Shown here in pieces: positions 27,188 to 35,894 of a DNA stretch of 41,125 nt; positions within the stretch are counted from its first letter, which is position 1; each line of letters begins with the position of its first letter. Made by a program: the position numbers and the translations under genes. The notes below the pieces were generated by a model, which was given only the letters and a program-made list of their open reading frames with translations, searched no databases and was not told the origin of the DNA. This DNA is from a virus. The stretch is from the IMG/VR virus record IMGVR_UViG_3300039286_000350, positions 66,984-108,108 of that record, one strand, 5' to 3'.

Positions 27188-28414
27188 CTAACCCTCTAAC
27201 AGCTGATCGAAGTCAGAGGGTGCAGCTTGTACAGGCTGTGGGTCAGCCGGAGGAGTAGCGGGTGGGGTAGCAGTCTCGTCAGCCGGAGGAGTAGCGGGTG
27301 GGGTAGCCGCAGGAGGAACAGCTGGAGCAGGTTGCGAGGCTGGAGGTGTGGCAGGAGGAGCTTGAGCTGGAGGTGTGGCAGGAGGAGCTTGAGCTGGAGG
27401 TGTGGCAGGCGAGCCGCCATCGATAGCCGCAATCTCCTCTTCAATCTGCGTAGCAATGTCCGCCGTTGGCCGTGCTGCAGGATCTACAGGGGCTGGCTGG
27501 CCAGGCATGGCAGGCGCAGCACCTACAACCTGTTGTAGTCCAGTCCCAAGGAACCCGATCATCTCGTTCTCATCGTACATCTTTCCAAGGATCGCCTCAA
27601 CGTCATATTTGTTCTCTTTGTAATACTCAATGATTTTAGCTGCAGCCTCTTTGCCAGCAGGTCCAAGAGCAGACATCCTCCAAGCACATCTTGGGGATGG
27701 CGTTGGGGAGAAGTCCTGGAATTTGGGGTCCTTGTTAGCTGCAAGAGCGAAGATCAGATCAGTCTGCTTCAGATCAAACTCTGCTTTGATCTCCCGAATG
27801 TCCTGGAACTTTTCAGCGTTGAACCGCCACAAGTAAACGTCGTAGCACAACTCTGCTGGATTAGCAGTTGGCTGGCCAGTTGCAGGATCAACAAGAACGG
27901 GGCCTTTCTCTGGATCAAGGAGGATATGATTTGCACCATCCTCGGTGACTAGTTTACCCTCAAGGTCCGTCTTGTAAACTAGCAGGTTAACTCCAAAGAT
28001 CTGCTGTCGGCGTCCACAACGAGCCTGCTTCTGCTTTCGTCCATCCTTTTCTATGGACGGAGCATTCTCGTAATGCTCACAAAGAGGACAAGAGCCGCGC
28101 TCATCAAGTGAGCAACGGCGGGTTCCGTTTACAGCAGAACCCATGTATCGTTTGTTCAGTCGATGCGCGTAGTAAACAGAGACCTGGCCCTCAAGGATCG
28201 CAACTCGCTCCTTGCCGCCAAGCTGGAACTTACGGTCTTCGAAAGGTTTTTCAGGCCAGGAGGGATGCATCTGGAACATCTTGATGTAATCCCCCGAGCC
28301 GTATTGGGAGACCTCTGGCTTAAAGCCGGGGTCATCCCAATCGACTAGACCGACCGTGGAGCTCGTGGTCTGATCGTCGGTTGGTGCAGGTGGAGTAGCA
28401 GTTGGATCAGTCAA
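27188..28414 (-). CDS. Single-stranded DNA-binding protein, T4 gp32-like
   Basis: H...C...CPLC Zn site, OB-like core, Pro/Ala linker, acidic tail SDFDQLLEG; located next to recA and the resolvase. Confidence 0.7.
   Translation of the reverse strand: MTDPTATPPAPTDDQTTSSTVGLVDWDDPGFKPEVSQYGSGDYIKMFQMHPSWPEKPFEDRKFQLGGKERVAILEGQVSVYYAHRLNKRYMGSAVNGTRRCSLDERGSCPLCEHYENAPSIEKDGRKQKQARCGRRQQIFGVNLLVYKTDLEGKLVTEDGANHILLDPEKGPVLVDPATGQPTANPAELCYDVYLWRFNAEKFQDIREIKAEFDLKQTDLIFALAANKDPKFQDFSPTPSPRCAWRMSALGPAGKEAAAKIIEYYKENKYDVEAILGKMYDENEMIGFLGTGLQQVVGAAPAMPGQPAPVDPAARPTADIATQIEEEIAAIDGGSPATPPAQAPPATPPAQAPPATPPASQPAPAVPPAATPPATPPADETATPPATPPADPQPVQAAPSDFDQLLEG
27242..27409. repeat. Intragenic tandem repeats encoding the SSB Pro/Ala linker
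   Basis: 30-bp unit twice at 36-bp period (27242, 27278); 27-bp unit about 2.6 times (27339-27409) encoding PATPPAQAP. Confidence 0.9.
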
Positions 28415-28441
28415 GTGAAATCCTCCGTGAAACGAACGTGG

Positions 28442-28480
28442 GTAGAATCAATTCTACGAAAGCAATCAGGAGGTATTCAA
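28442..28480 (-). promoter_or_regulatory. Sigma70-type promoter for ssb with an overlapping palindrome
   Basis: TTGAAT-N18-TAGAAT; the -10 lies within GTAGAAT-TG-ATTCTAC. Confidence 0.55.
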
Positions 28481-28485
28481 AAGAC

Positions 28486-29193
28486 TCATATTGTAACCGG
28501 ACCTTCGGGAGCATCTAGGGCTGATGCTATATCAGCCTCAGCTCGCTGCAAACCAGAAGTTGGAGGGCTTACACCGCCCCGTTCAGTGGGGAAGTCATTC
28601 GGATTAATCTCGCCCAAAGCTATCTGTTGTTTGACAACAGCGAGCTGCTTCATCAGATCAGAACTCGTTCCAGTTAGGTTGTCATAGATCAGTTTAAGAG
28701 CATCATGATAGGCAGAAATCCTCCGCCATATCTGCTCTGCATAGTTAACTATCCGTGCGTCTCGCTCGCAGATGTTACGAACGTGAATCTTCTTGGCCTC
28801 AACGCCTTTGATCTCTTGCACCTCTGGATCGTTGGCAAACATTAGGTCCAGCTTTTCTTCGTAAGCAGCTTTGGCCTTCTTGTATCTCTCGTACGCAGCG
28901 TTCTTGTCAGCCACCAAATTTGAGAGCCATGGTGCAACCTGATTAGCCGCGTGGCGCGCTAAAGCGAGGGTCGAGTTGAAAGAGTTCAGACCTGCACTAA
29001 CAGGGTCCTTAGGAATATCGACGCCGAGAGTTTGACTCTGCCTGAGAACAGCAGCATATCGGTTATCATAGTAAGTCAGCAGACGACGGGCTGCCAGGGT
29101 CACATCGTCGTCAACCTGCTCTACTACGAGATCATCAAAGGCTGAGGGTGCAACCAGGCTACCGTCTGTAAGCTTTGTCAGATCCTGACTCAT
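28486..29193 (-). CDS. Coiled-coil protein, possible UvsY-like recombination mediator
   Basis: All-helical; directly upstream of ssb-resolvase-recA. Function inferred from position only. Confidence 0.35.
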   Translation of the reverse strand: MSQDLTKLTDGSLVAPSAFDDLVVEQVDDDVTLAARRLLTYYDNRYAAVLRQSQTLGVDIPKDPVSAGLNSFNSTLALARHAANQVAPWLSNLVADKNAAYERYKKAKAAYEEKLDLMFANDPEVQEIKGVEAKKIHVRNICERDARIVNYAEQIWRRISAYHDALKLIYDNLTGTSSDLMKQLAVVKQQIALGEINPNDFPTERGGVSPPTSGLQRAEADIASALDAPEGPVTI

Positions 29194-29356
29194 CGCCTCT
29201 AATTCTCCTCGTTAGTGGCTTCATGATCTGATCCTCTCCGAAAAGTCCTGCAAGGAGAACGCCGATTGCTGTGACGATGATCCCAACCTTGGACCACCCT
29301 AGTTGGTTATGAATGAGGAACCAACCAACCAGGGCAATGCTTATAGAGAAAATCAT
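29159..29356 (-). CDS. Small two-TM membrane protein
   Basis: Two hydrophobic segments. Confidence 0.65.
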   Translation of the reverse strand: MIFSISIALVGWFLIHNQLGWSKVGIIVTAIGVLLAGLFGEDQIMKPLTRRIRGDESGSDKAYRR

Positions 29357-29634
29357 TACCTGTATTCCTTATAAATCAGGGCCATCGCTTCTAGAGCCTC
29401 CTCCGGACTAGATCGTGTGAGCTTTAGAGTTGGGTGATGGTCGAGGTCAAGAACAACACCAGGTATTGAACCATATTGCCAGTTATTGAACCTAGATACA
29501 TCAATGTGCGCCTCCCAACGAGTTGGATCGGAGGAAGGTCGTCTTAGCGATACCTCGACCCCATCATCTAGCTCAACTACGGCAATAGCAAGTCCGCTAC
29601 CGTATTCAACTATGTCGATTGAGGAGGAACCCAC
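29356..29634 (-). CDS. Hypothetical protein
   Basis: Coupled ORF. Confidence 0.6.
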   Translation of the reverse strand: MGSSSIDIVEYGSGLAIAVVELDDGVEVSLRRPSSDPTRWEAHIDVSRFNNWQYGSIPGVVLDLDHHPTLKLTRSSPEEALEAMALIYKEYR

Positions 29635-29870
29635 GGTCTTAGCTCAAGCGCCATCTGCTGAGGGGCGATCATTCCTGCCTTAGCCTTCTCTATCAGCAGA
29701 AGAGCCTCCGCTTGGTGAGACAGTTGAGCTGAAACCTTTCGGGCCTGCTCAACGGAGGAGGGCTCAGGGAGTCCAAGGTCAGATGGCTCCAACTCAACAT
29801 AGTAGCCACGTGAATCGAATCCACCTTGACCGTCTGGCCTTGAGGCCTTAAAGGACTTGCCTATTTTCAT
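29610..29870 (-). CDS. Hypothetical protein
   Basis: GGGAG RBS and ATG downstream of a promoter. Confidence 0.7.
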   Translation of the reverse strand: MKIGKSFKASRPDGQGGFDSRGYYVELEPSDLGLPEPSSVEQARKVSAQLSHQAEALLLIEKAKAGMIAPQQMALELRPWVPPQST

Positions 29871-29897
29871 TAGACTCCCAGCGTCTTGCGCTTGAAT

Positions 29898-29926
29898 ATT
29901 CTACCCACCAGTGGAGAATCCTGCAA
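29898..29926 (-). promoter_or_regulatory. Sigma70-type promoter
   Basis: TTGCAG-N17-TAGAAT, with the same hexamers as at 37866-37894. Confidence 0.6.
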
Positions 29927-30191
29927 CCAGCTTAGGGTCACCTTCTGGGTGCTGTATAAACACAGCGGCATCATCTTGCGGATTCTCTTTGAAAGCTGTA
30001 TAAACGATCCATCCATCTGATGTTTCACTCATAATCAGCCAGTAAGGAGAAGGTACAACGTTTGCCACTATATCCACCAAGGAGACTGTCTCGTTCACCC
30101 CAGAACGGGGAGCCGCGACCATGAACACACCAAGGGGTTTATGAGAACGAGACTGCAACCTTCTCGGCAGCAGTCTCCGCAGACGGCTCAT
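29901..30191 (-). CDS. Hypothetical protein
   Basis: Fills the gap after polA; start uncertain. Confidence 0.55.
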   Translation of the reverse strand: MSRLRRLLPRRLQSRSHKPLGVFMVAAPRSGVNETVSLVDIVANVVPSPYWLIMSETSDGWIVYTAFKENPQDDAAVFIQHPEGDPKLVAGFSTGG

Positions 30192-32370
30192 CTTGCTTCG
30201 CCTTTCGCAGGTCGATTAGGAATCGTAGAATCATCTGATAATCAGGTGGAGTCATGGTTAGGGTTGAAAACTTCTCGCCCCCTACTTTCAGGAAGTGAAC
30301 AGTCATATCGCCGCTGTGATCTGTTTGTTTGAGGAGTTCCACGAACTCACGTCGTTTCTCCTCGGGCATATCAGGAACAGCAATCTCTTTCTCGACTGGT
30401 TCAGCTTTGGTCTTTGGAATATCGGCCTCATCAATCCCAAGCCAATCGTTGAGCTCCTGCATGTCGAGCCAGTTTGGTCCAACCTTGGCGTCAATCTCAA
30501 GGGGCACATAACCCTCAATCGGGAAACACATTATCCCTTTGAGCCACTCGAAGAATGCCGCCAAGTCAAGGTCTGCTGGAACCTCGAAGAGCACCGAGTC
30601 ATGGATGGTAAGAACCATCTTGCAATCAGGGTAGGGGCAGTCATCCTTTCGCAAAGCTTTCCAGATACGCACCAAGGCGATTTTCATGATGTCAGCAGCA
30701 GTTCCCTGGACGATCGTGTTGATCGCTGAACGTTCTCCGAAGGCGACCTCCGAGGGAATCCGTGAGTTGAGCCAGGGAAGAGGGCGCCAGCGCTGGAAAT
30801 GAGTGTGGACTCCGCCCATCTGCTTCGCCTTTGCAACAGTCCGCTGGGTCCAGGCAGTTGCGTCCGGCATGGCTGCGAAGAAGTCGTCGAGGATTCTCTG
30901 CGCCTCATCCAAAGAGTAATCTGTGCGCATTGCCAGACCCTCTGGTTTCATGCCATAGATGGGACCAAAGTTCATGGTCTTTCCCATCTGGCGGCGATCA
31001 TCACCCTTGTCCGTGATCTGTTCGCGGAAGATCACAGATGCAGTCTTGAGGTGGAGATCCTCGCCAGTCTCGAACGCATCTATCAGATAGTCCTCACCAG
31101 ACTCGCTAGCATAAACCCGGAGCTCGATCTGTGAGAAGTCAGCTTCGAAGAAGAGCTTACCCGGTCGGGCAGGAAAGGCGCGGCGGGCCGGGGCCTCCTT
31201 CGACCTGGGGATCTGTTGCATATTTGGGGACCCACAAGCCAATCGTCCGGTCGGGACCACCGTACTCTTGAACGAACAATGGATCGCGCCAGTTGATGGG
31301 TTCACATATTCGTGGAGCGTGGTCAGGAAGTTATTGTGAAGGGTTTTGAACTGCTTGTAGTCACGAATAGCCTGGGCACCGGCCGCAATCTCGGGATCCG
31401 AAGACTCAGCGAACCGCCCAATCGTATTCTTGTCCGTACCGCCGAGCCCATCTTTCTTCTTCTTTCCCATGATGGGCCAACTGAGCGTGTTGTAAATATG
31501 ACGCGCCAGCTGCTTGTGGCTGTCAATGTTGATCGACTGGTCCATCTTGAGTTTTTCATAAGCGACTTTCCGTCGCACTTTGAGGTGGACGCCAACTTTG
31601 TCACGTACATCGAACAAAGTCTCTGGATCCAGCAAAATGCCGCGCATCTCCATCTCAAGGAGGACCACAAGGCTCGCCATGTCAATTCTGTAGGAGAAGG
31701 AATCGTTTAGGGCCTGATCCATTCCCTTTTCGTATAGACGGAGCGTAATGTCGGCGTCGCAACAAGCGTACTTGCGAGCAATCTCGGGCTCCAGCTCAGC
31801 AAAGGTCCCACCACCTTCGAAGTATTTCTTGAGAGAGGGCATTTCAAGTTTGAGATACTTGAGCGACATCATCTCAAGTGCGAAACCCTGCGGTTGAGGA
31901 GCACCGCGCTTGGCAGGTCGGTTCTCGGAAAAGTCCTTTGCCTCGTTCACATCTTTCAGATACCAGATCACTGCAACGTCATCGGTTATGTTTACCATAT
32001 CTTCCCACTCAAGGGGCCACTCACCAGCAACCGATCTCATCTCAGCTCGAGACTGTTGACACACATTCCGCTTCTTGCTTATCGCGAGGATGAACTTCTT
32101 GACTAGATCAACGTCAAGGTTGGGGATGTGTTCCATCCGAACAGGAATGACCCATCCTGATCCTGGCTTAGTGCAAAAGGAGAAAGCATGGACTACGTGG
32201 CCGTTGTGAGTAGGTTTGAACTCAGAGTCCCATGCCACGACAGGAGCGTCAACTATCTCCTTAAACGCCTCCACGGCGTTTTGAGTCGTGACCACCTTAT
32301 AATCAGCAGTCTCGACCCAAGCTGGGAAACGAATCTCGGGAGCAGTTGCGAAGAAGGATTCCTGTGGCAA
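30139..32370 (-). CDS. polA: Family A DNA polymerase (3'-5' exo plus polymerase, no 5'-3' exo)
   Basis: ExoI WDSE, ExoIII YACCD, TGRL...PNMQQIP, motif A ADFSQIELR, motif B RQMGKTMNFG.IYG, motif C HDS. Confidence 0.95.
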   Translation of the reverse strand: MPQESFFATAPEIRFPAWVETADYKVVTTQNAVEAFKEIVDAPVVAWDSEFKPTHNGHVVHAFSFCTKPGSGWVIPVRMEHIPNLDVDLVKKFILAISKKRNVCQQSRAEMRSVAGEWPLEWEDMVNITDDVAVIWYLKDVNEAKDFSENRPAKRGAPQPQGFALEMMSLKYLKLEMPSLKKYFEGGGTFAELEPEIARKYACCDADITLRLYEKGMDQALNDSFSYRIDMASLVVLLEMEMRGILLDPETLFDVRDKVGVHLKVRRKVAYEKLKMDQSINIDSHKQLARHIYNTLSWPIMGKKKKDGLGGTDKNTIGRFAESSDPEIAAGAQAIRDYKQFKTLHNNFLTTLHEYVNPSTGAIHCSFKSTVVPTGRLACGSPNMQQIPRSKEAPARRAFPARPGKLFFEADFSQIELRVYASESGEDYLIDAFETGEDLHLKTASVIFREQITDKGDDRRQMGKTMNFGPIYGMKPEGLAMRTDYSLDEAQRILDDFFAAMPDATAWTQRTVAKAKQMGGVHTHFQRWRPLPWLNSRIPSEVAFGERSAINTIVQGTAADIMKIALVRIWKALRKDDCPYPDCKMVLTIHDSVLFEVPADLDLAAFFEWLKGIMCFPIEGYVPLEIDAKVGPNWLDMQELNDWLGIDEADIPKTKAEPVEKEIAVPDMPEEKRREFVELLKQTDHSGDMTVHFLKVGGEKFSTLTMTPPDYQMILRFLIDLRKAKQDEPSAETAAEKVAVSFS

Positions 32371-32400
32371 TCTAGTTCCTCTAGCGTGAACTTCTAGTTG

Positions 32401-32604
32401 TTAGGAGGTAAGACTCTCCAAGAAAGAAGTTTCCTCAGCAATTGCTCTCGACAGAATGGTTCGATCGGAAGGAGCAATCCCAAGCACCTTATTTGCGGCG
32501 GCGAGGAGGCTTGGGTCCTCAAGTTCGTTGGTCATAGAAGCGATGTTTGCTTCGACAATAGTTACCAGAGGGTCTGACATTTTCTTCTCCTGATTAGTGG
32601 TCAT
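32401..32604 (-). CDS. Hypothetical protein
   Basis: ATG 5 nt after GATAAT, possibly leaderless. Confidence 0.6.
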   Translation of the reverse strand: MTTNQEKKMSDPLVTIVEANIASMTNELEDPSLLAAANKVLGIAPSDRTILSRAIAEETSFLESLTS

Positions 32605-32634
32605 ATGGTATTATCGACCATCGCCACTAGGACT

Positions 32635-32937
32635 TTAGCCACTGGAAGGTAGTGAGACAACCTCATCTCGATCAACATTGTAGCCCTTGGTTGCAGAAAT
32701 ATGGCCAGACTTGGCTATTTCTTCTGCCTCATGGGATAGAGCGTAGAGCCAACGAGCATACATCTGCAGCTCTTTAGGTGTAAAACTCTTGGGTGACTCC
32801 AACACATCAATCTTAACGCCATCCGACGTGATCAATGGGTCAGCTTTAGCAATGGGCTGTACATCTTGCGGACGCTGGCCCTTTCTTGCACTTGGATAAA
32901 ACTGGCGATGAACCCTGCGTCGCTTGGCCCGAGCCAT
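32635..32937 (-). CDS. Hypothetical protein, basic N-terminus
   Basis: TGATG coupling to the upstream gene. Confidence 0.65.
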   Translation of the reverse strand: MARAKRRRVHRQFYPSARKGQRPQDVQPIAKADPLITSDGVKIDVLESPKSFTPKELQMYARWLYALSHEAEEIAKSGHISATKGYNVDRDEVVSLPSSG

Positions 32938-33161
32938 CAGAAGTGCGTCGCATCCGGGTCTTCGATGTTCTGGCCTAGTGACTCATCATCGATTGGGTCG
33001 AGAGACGGCTCACCATCTCCATCTACCGTGAAGGTGTATTTCTGGCCACAATGATTGCATTGAGCAGGAACACCCTCGGTCAATTGGGGATCTTGCCGAT
33101 CAGGAGCATGAACAACAAACTCCTCGCCACATCCCTGCCAGCAATCTTGAATATACTCCAT
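32937..33161 (-). CDS. Zn-ribbon protein
   Basis: CWQGC...CNHC. Confidence 0.65.
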   Translation of the reverse strand: MEYIQDCWQGCGEEFVVHAPDRQDPQLTEGVPAQCNHCGQKYTFTVDGDGEPSLDPIDDESLGQNIEDPDATHF

Positions 33162-33341
33162 CTACTCGCTCACTCCCCGGCTGTTGATCAGATCCATCAC
33201 TTTGTAGATACACTCTGATCCATAGTATCTGCCTTCGAACTCAATCTCCTTGCCAGAAGAAATCATCCGTTTGCAGCGGAAGCAGCGACGTCGCCTTTTG
33301 GTTCCGACACCATGCTGCTTTTCGCTTACTCTCCGAGCCAA
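33162..33341 (-). CDS. Small Zn-finger protein (59 aa)
   Basis: Not in the track. MARRVSEKQHGVGTKRRRRCFRCKR...YYGSEC...; exactly fills the gap. Confidence 0.65.
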   Translation of the reverse strand: MARRVSEKQHGVGTKRRRRCFRCKRMISSGKEIEFEGRYYGSECIYKVMDLINSRGVSE

Positions 33342-33344
33342 TTT

Positions 33345-34304
33345 TCACGCTGCCAATCTCCGGATCAGTAGATCATTGACACCAGGGCGTCCAGCATCTT
33401 TGGATGCATCAGCAAGTATTGGAAAGATATTGATTATGTCGTTCGGGGACCAACGCTTGCTCGCCTCGAACAAACCGTGGACAATGAATCCTGGAAGTCG
33501 GAGAGCAAGAGCCGCCTCCTTGGGGGACCGACCACCCTTCCGCATCTCAGCCATAAACTGTAGGAGAGATGTAAACTTGCGATCAAGGGCGCCAACCAGT
33601 TGGTTGGTTGCAATCTCATCAGAGGACAGAGCAAGAGCCTTCTTTGCGTCACGCATCGCGATAGCATCAGTTAGGTCGAAGACCGTTGCTTCTTGCCTTC
33701 CAGAAAGATACTTCCGAATCTCCTCTGGAGTGGTGGCATCTGCTAATTTTAAGACCTTTAGGAGAGATATAAGGTCAGCAGGAACAGTCCCTACAGCGTA
33801 GACAATTTCTCTAGCAATTTCATCATCCCAGCCAGTCATAGCCATGATCAACTCACAAGCTGACTGCTCATCAACATTGCGAAGGACAACCCAATATCCT
33901 TTGCGAATTATCGCCTGGGCAAGGTTGTTCTTAGTCAGAGGATTGGGCTCTGACTGGTGGATGGACATGACAAGGACCAAATCCCTGGGGAAAGACTCCA
34001 GCAAGGAAGTCAAGGACTTCACTCCAGCATGGTCCTTGTTCTCGTTGGGGTCCAGCCAGTGAACCTCAGTGGCCACCACAAGAAGGTGCTTGGAATCCAT
34101 AGGATCACGTCGACAAGCCTCTGCCAGTTCCATATGTGTTGGTTCATGAAGACGGACAAGATCAACAACAGGGTTAACCTGCTTCTTCCACCGGTCAGCT
34201 ACGGTGTAAAACATGGAAAGACGATCGTGTTCCCGTCCTCCTGCGAACAGGAAGAGACGGCCTTCCTTCTTTGGCCAACGCGACAAGAACTGGGTAAGGT
34301 TCAT
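33345..34304 (-). CDS. holA: DNA polymerase III delta-like clamp loader subunit
   Basis: 319 aa; LFLFAG, VG.....L...L..L, TVFDLTDAI, final D...K...L pattern typical of HolA. Confidence 0.75.
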   Translation of the reverse strand: MNLTQFLSRWPKKEGRLFLFAGGREHDRLSMFYTVADRWKKQVNPVVDLVRLHEPTHMELAEACRRDPMDSKHLLVVATEVHWLDPNENKDHAGVKSLTSLLESFPRDLVLVMSIHQSEPNPLTKNNLAQAIIRKGYWVVLRNVDEQSACELIMAMTGWDDEIAREIVYAVGTVPADLISLLKVLKLADATTPEEIRKYLSGRQEATVFDLTDAIAMRDAKKALALSSDEIATNQLVGALDRKFTSLLQFMAEMRKGGRSPKEAALALRLPGFIVHGLFEASKRWSPNDIINIFPILADASKDAGRPGVNDLLIRRLAA

Positions 34305-34307
34305 CGC

Positions 34308-34478
34308 TTAAACCTTCTCGCCAAGTTTCCCTTTCTTCTTCTGGAAGAATTCTCGGGTTGGACGGAGAACCTCGGCACAGGAGCCACAGACAAAACGCCC
34401 AGGAAGGGCCTCGTTTGGGCATAACACTCCCCGCCGATCACGACCCCCGCATCTCCGCTTCTTTGTTTTGACGTTCAC
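34308..34478 (-). CDS. Small Cys4 Zn-finger protein (56 aa)
   Basis: Not in the track. GTG start; MNVKTKKRRCGGRDRRGVLCPNEALPGRFVCGSC...; ends just before holA. Confidence 0.55.
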   Translation of the reverse strand: MNVKTKKRRCGGRDRRGVLCPNEALPGRFVCGSCAEVLRPTREFFQKKKGKLGEKV

Positions 34479-35052
34479 GTCTGCGTATGGCTAATGTTAA
34501 AAGGAGTGACTTAACTACTACTCGGGGCGAGACTTTCCTATTGAGGTACTCAAGGTAGAACTGTGACAGGTTTGCAATATCAAGGTCACCGTAGGTGACA
34601 CCCCACGCCCATAAGGCCATGAGCTGTTGACGTGTTTCATTCACGTCTGAATGGCGGTCCGCCTCTCGTATAATAGCCAAGGCGTCTCCGTTTTCCACAT
34701 AGCGTACTAAACGAGATACATCCTCATGGTTTTCTTTCGGCAGTGACTCGCGTACAACATGAGATCGACTCTTAATTGTCCGTGGTAGAGAATCAGTTGA
34801 CGGTGCGTAAAGGTGAAAGGCTACATAAGGTGGAGGCTCCTCCAGAACCTTCAAGAGAACATTCCAGCTTTCTTCTGATACTCTGTGCGCAGAAGGAATG
34901 TGAATCACTGTTGCGTCCCCTTCCCACGGTCGTCGCCGAGTTTCGTTAACCAACTCGCGAGCATCTGCCACAGCCAAATTGTGACCTGCAACAGATGTCT
35001 CTCCCTTCTTTACATGAGGGGCTGCTGATGTGAGATGCAAGATCGTCTGCAT
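34438..35052 (-). CDS. holB: DNA polymerase III delta'-like subunit (short)
   Basis: AH.V.....N.LLKVLEEPP, LPRTIKSRS; no Walker A; 204 aa. Confidence 0.75.
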   Translation of the reverse strand: MQTILHLTSAAPHVKKGETSVAGHNLAVADARELVNETRRRPWEGDATVIHIPSAHRVSEESWNVLLKVLEEPPPYVAFHLYAPSTDSLPRTIKSRSHVVRESLPKENHEDVSRLVRYVENGDALAIIREADRHSDVNETRQQLMALWAWGVTYGDLDIANLSQFYLEYLNRKVSPRVVVKSLLLTLAIRRRERQNKEAEMRGS

Positions 35053-35072
35053 GAATAGCGCGGTACGGAAGC

Positions 35073-35108
35073 AAGAAAGAAGGGCGCCGCTTTGGACGCC
35101 CTTCTTTT
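35073..35108 (-). terminator. Intrinsic terminator (possibly bidirectional)
   Basis: AAAGAAGGGCG-loop-CGCCCTTCTTT hairpin with T-rich tails on both strands, after the sigma gene. Confidence 0.75.
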
Positions 35109-35128
35109 ACTCAATGACTTCGATGGGT

Positions 35129-35815
35129 CTAGCCGGAGACAGCGAGGGCATCAGCTCCTGTCCGATGAAGCAAACCCTGTTCGGTGGCCCACTCACGTAG
35201 TGCTTGGACCTCAGGAATCTGACGGATCAGGTCAACACAGATAGAAATCGTACCCTCTGAGAGTTTCATCTCGGATGCAATCTGATCCTGCCTGAATCCC
35301 TCTCTGAGCAATCGCCAGACCCAGCGTAGGTCCCTTCGACCTCTAATGGGCTGAGCATGAACCGCCTCTTCTGCACGACGGACCAAGTCTTCGTACTCAA
35401 TCCTGTCTTGCTCATTGAACGACAGCTCTTTTGTAGTCTCCGGGTCAACGATGCCGACAACAAAGAATTCACTGGCCTGTGACTGGATGCTATAGGCCTT
35501 GGCCGTTGGCGTTCGGTTGCTTCTTGACAGGAACTGCAGGCAACGGCGTTTCGTGAACTCCCACATAAACGTCTTGGGCGACGACGTGTCGGGGTTATAG
35601 ATCTGCATGTAACTAACCCCGTTCTTGCCCTCGAAGAACTGACGCCATACCTCCTGCGACAGATCGTCAGGGTCGCCAAGTGACCTCGGCACATACTTCT
35701 TGATCACCGCCCGGACCGTTAGGTCATGTTCTTCGTAAAACTGTTGGAAGCTGATCCCGGAGGGATTGTCACAATCTCCGCCCCTGGTCATAGCGCGTGT
35801 TTGCGCACCATTCAT
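35129..35815 (-). CDS. Phage sigma-70 family (ECF-like) sigma factor
   Basis: Region 2 F..FY......V......DPDDLSQEVW...Y......KTF.W; region 4 HTH EGFRQDQIASEMKLSEGTIS. Confidence 0.8.
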   Translation of the reverse strand: MNGAQTRAMTRGGDCDNPSGISFQQFYEEHDLTVRAVIKKYVPRSLGDPDDLSQEVWRQFFEGKNGVSYMQIYNPDTSSPKTFMWEFTKRRCLQFLSRSNRTPTAKAYSIQSQASEFFVVGIVDPETTKELSFNEQDRIEYEDLVRRAEEAVHAQPIRGRRDLRWVWRLLREGFRQDQIASEMKLSEGTISICVDLIRQIPEVQALREWATEQGLLHRTGADALAVSG

Positions 35816-35834
35816 CTCTCACCCTTTCATGAAC

Positions 35835-35877
35835 CGTTGGTATCACATATTATACCATCGGCCTGCCCAACACAAAA
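35835..35877 (-). promoter_or_regulatory. Extended -10 promoter for the sigma gene with an overlapping inverted repeat
   Basis: TGG-TATAAT within CCG-A-TGGTAT-N8-ATACCA-A-CGG. Confidence 0.65.
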
Positions 35878-35894
35878 CTCAAATCAGCGCATGA

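Noticed and set aside
27242-27409. Possible CRISPR-like array
   Set aside because: The repeats are in-frame codon repeats inside ssb with no unique spacers. The Cas4-like gene is a solo phage nuclease.
34195-34422. 75-aa ORF in the track
   Set aside because: It overlaps holA by 110 nt; the Cys4 ORF at 34308-34478 fits better.
35460-35480. QASEFF in the sigma factor as a clamp-binding motif (T4 gp55-like coupling)
   Set aside because: The spacing differs from QE(S/D)FF and the site is internal; too weak without conservation data.
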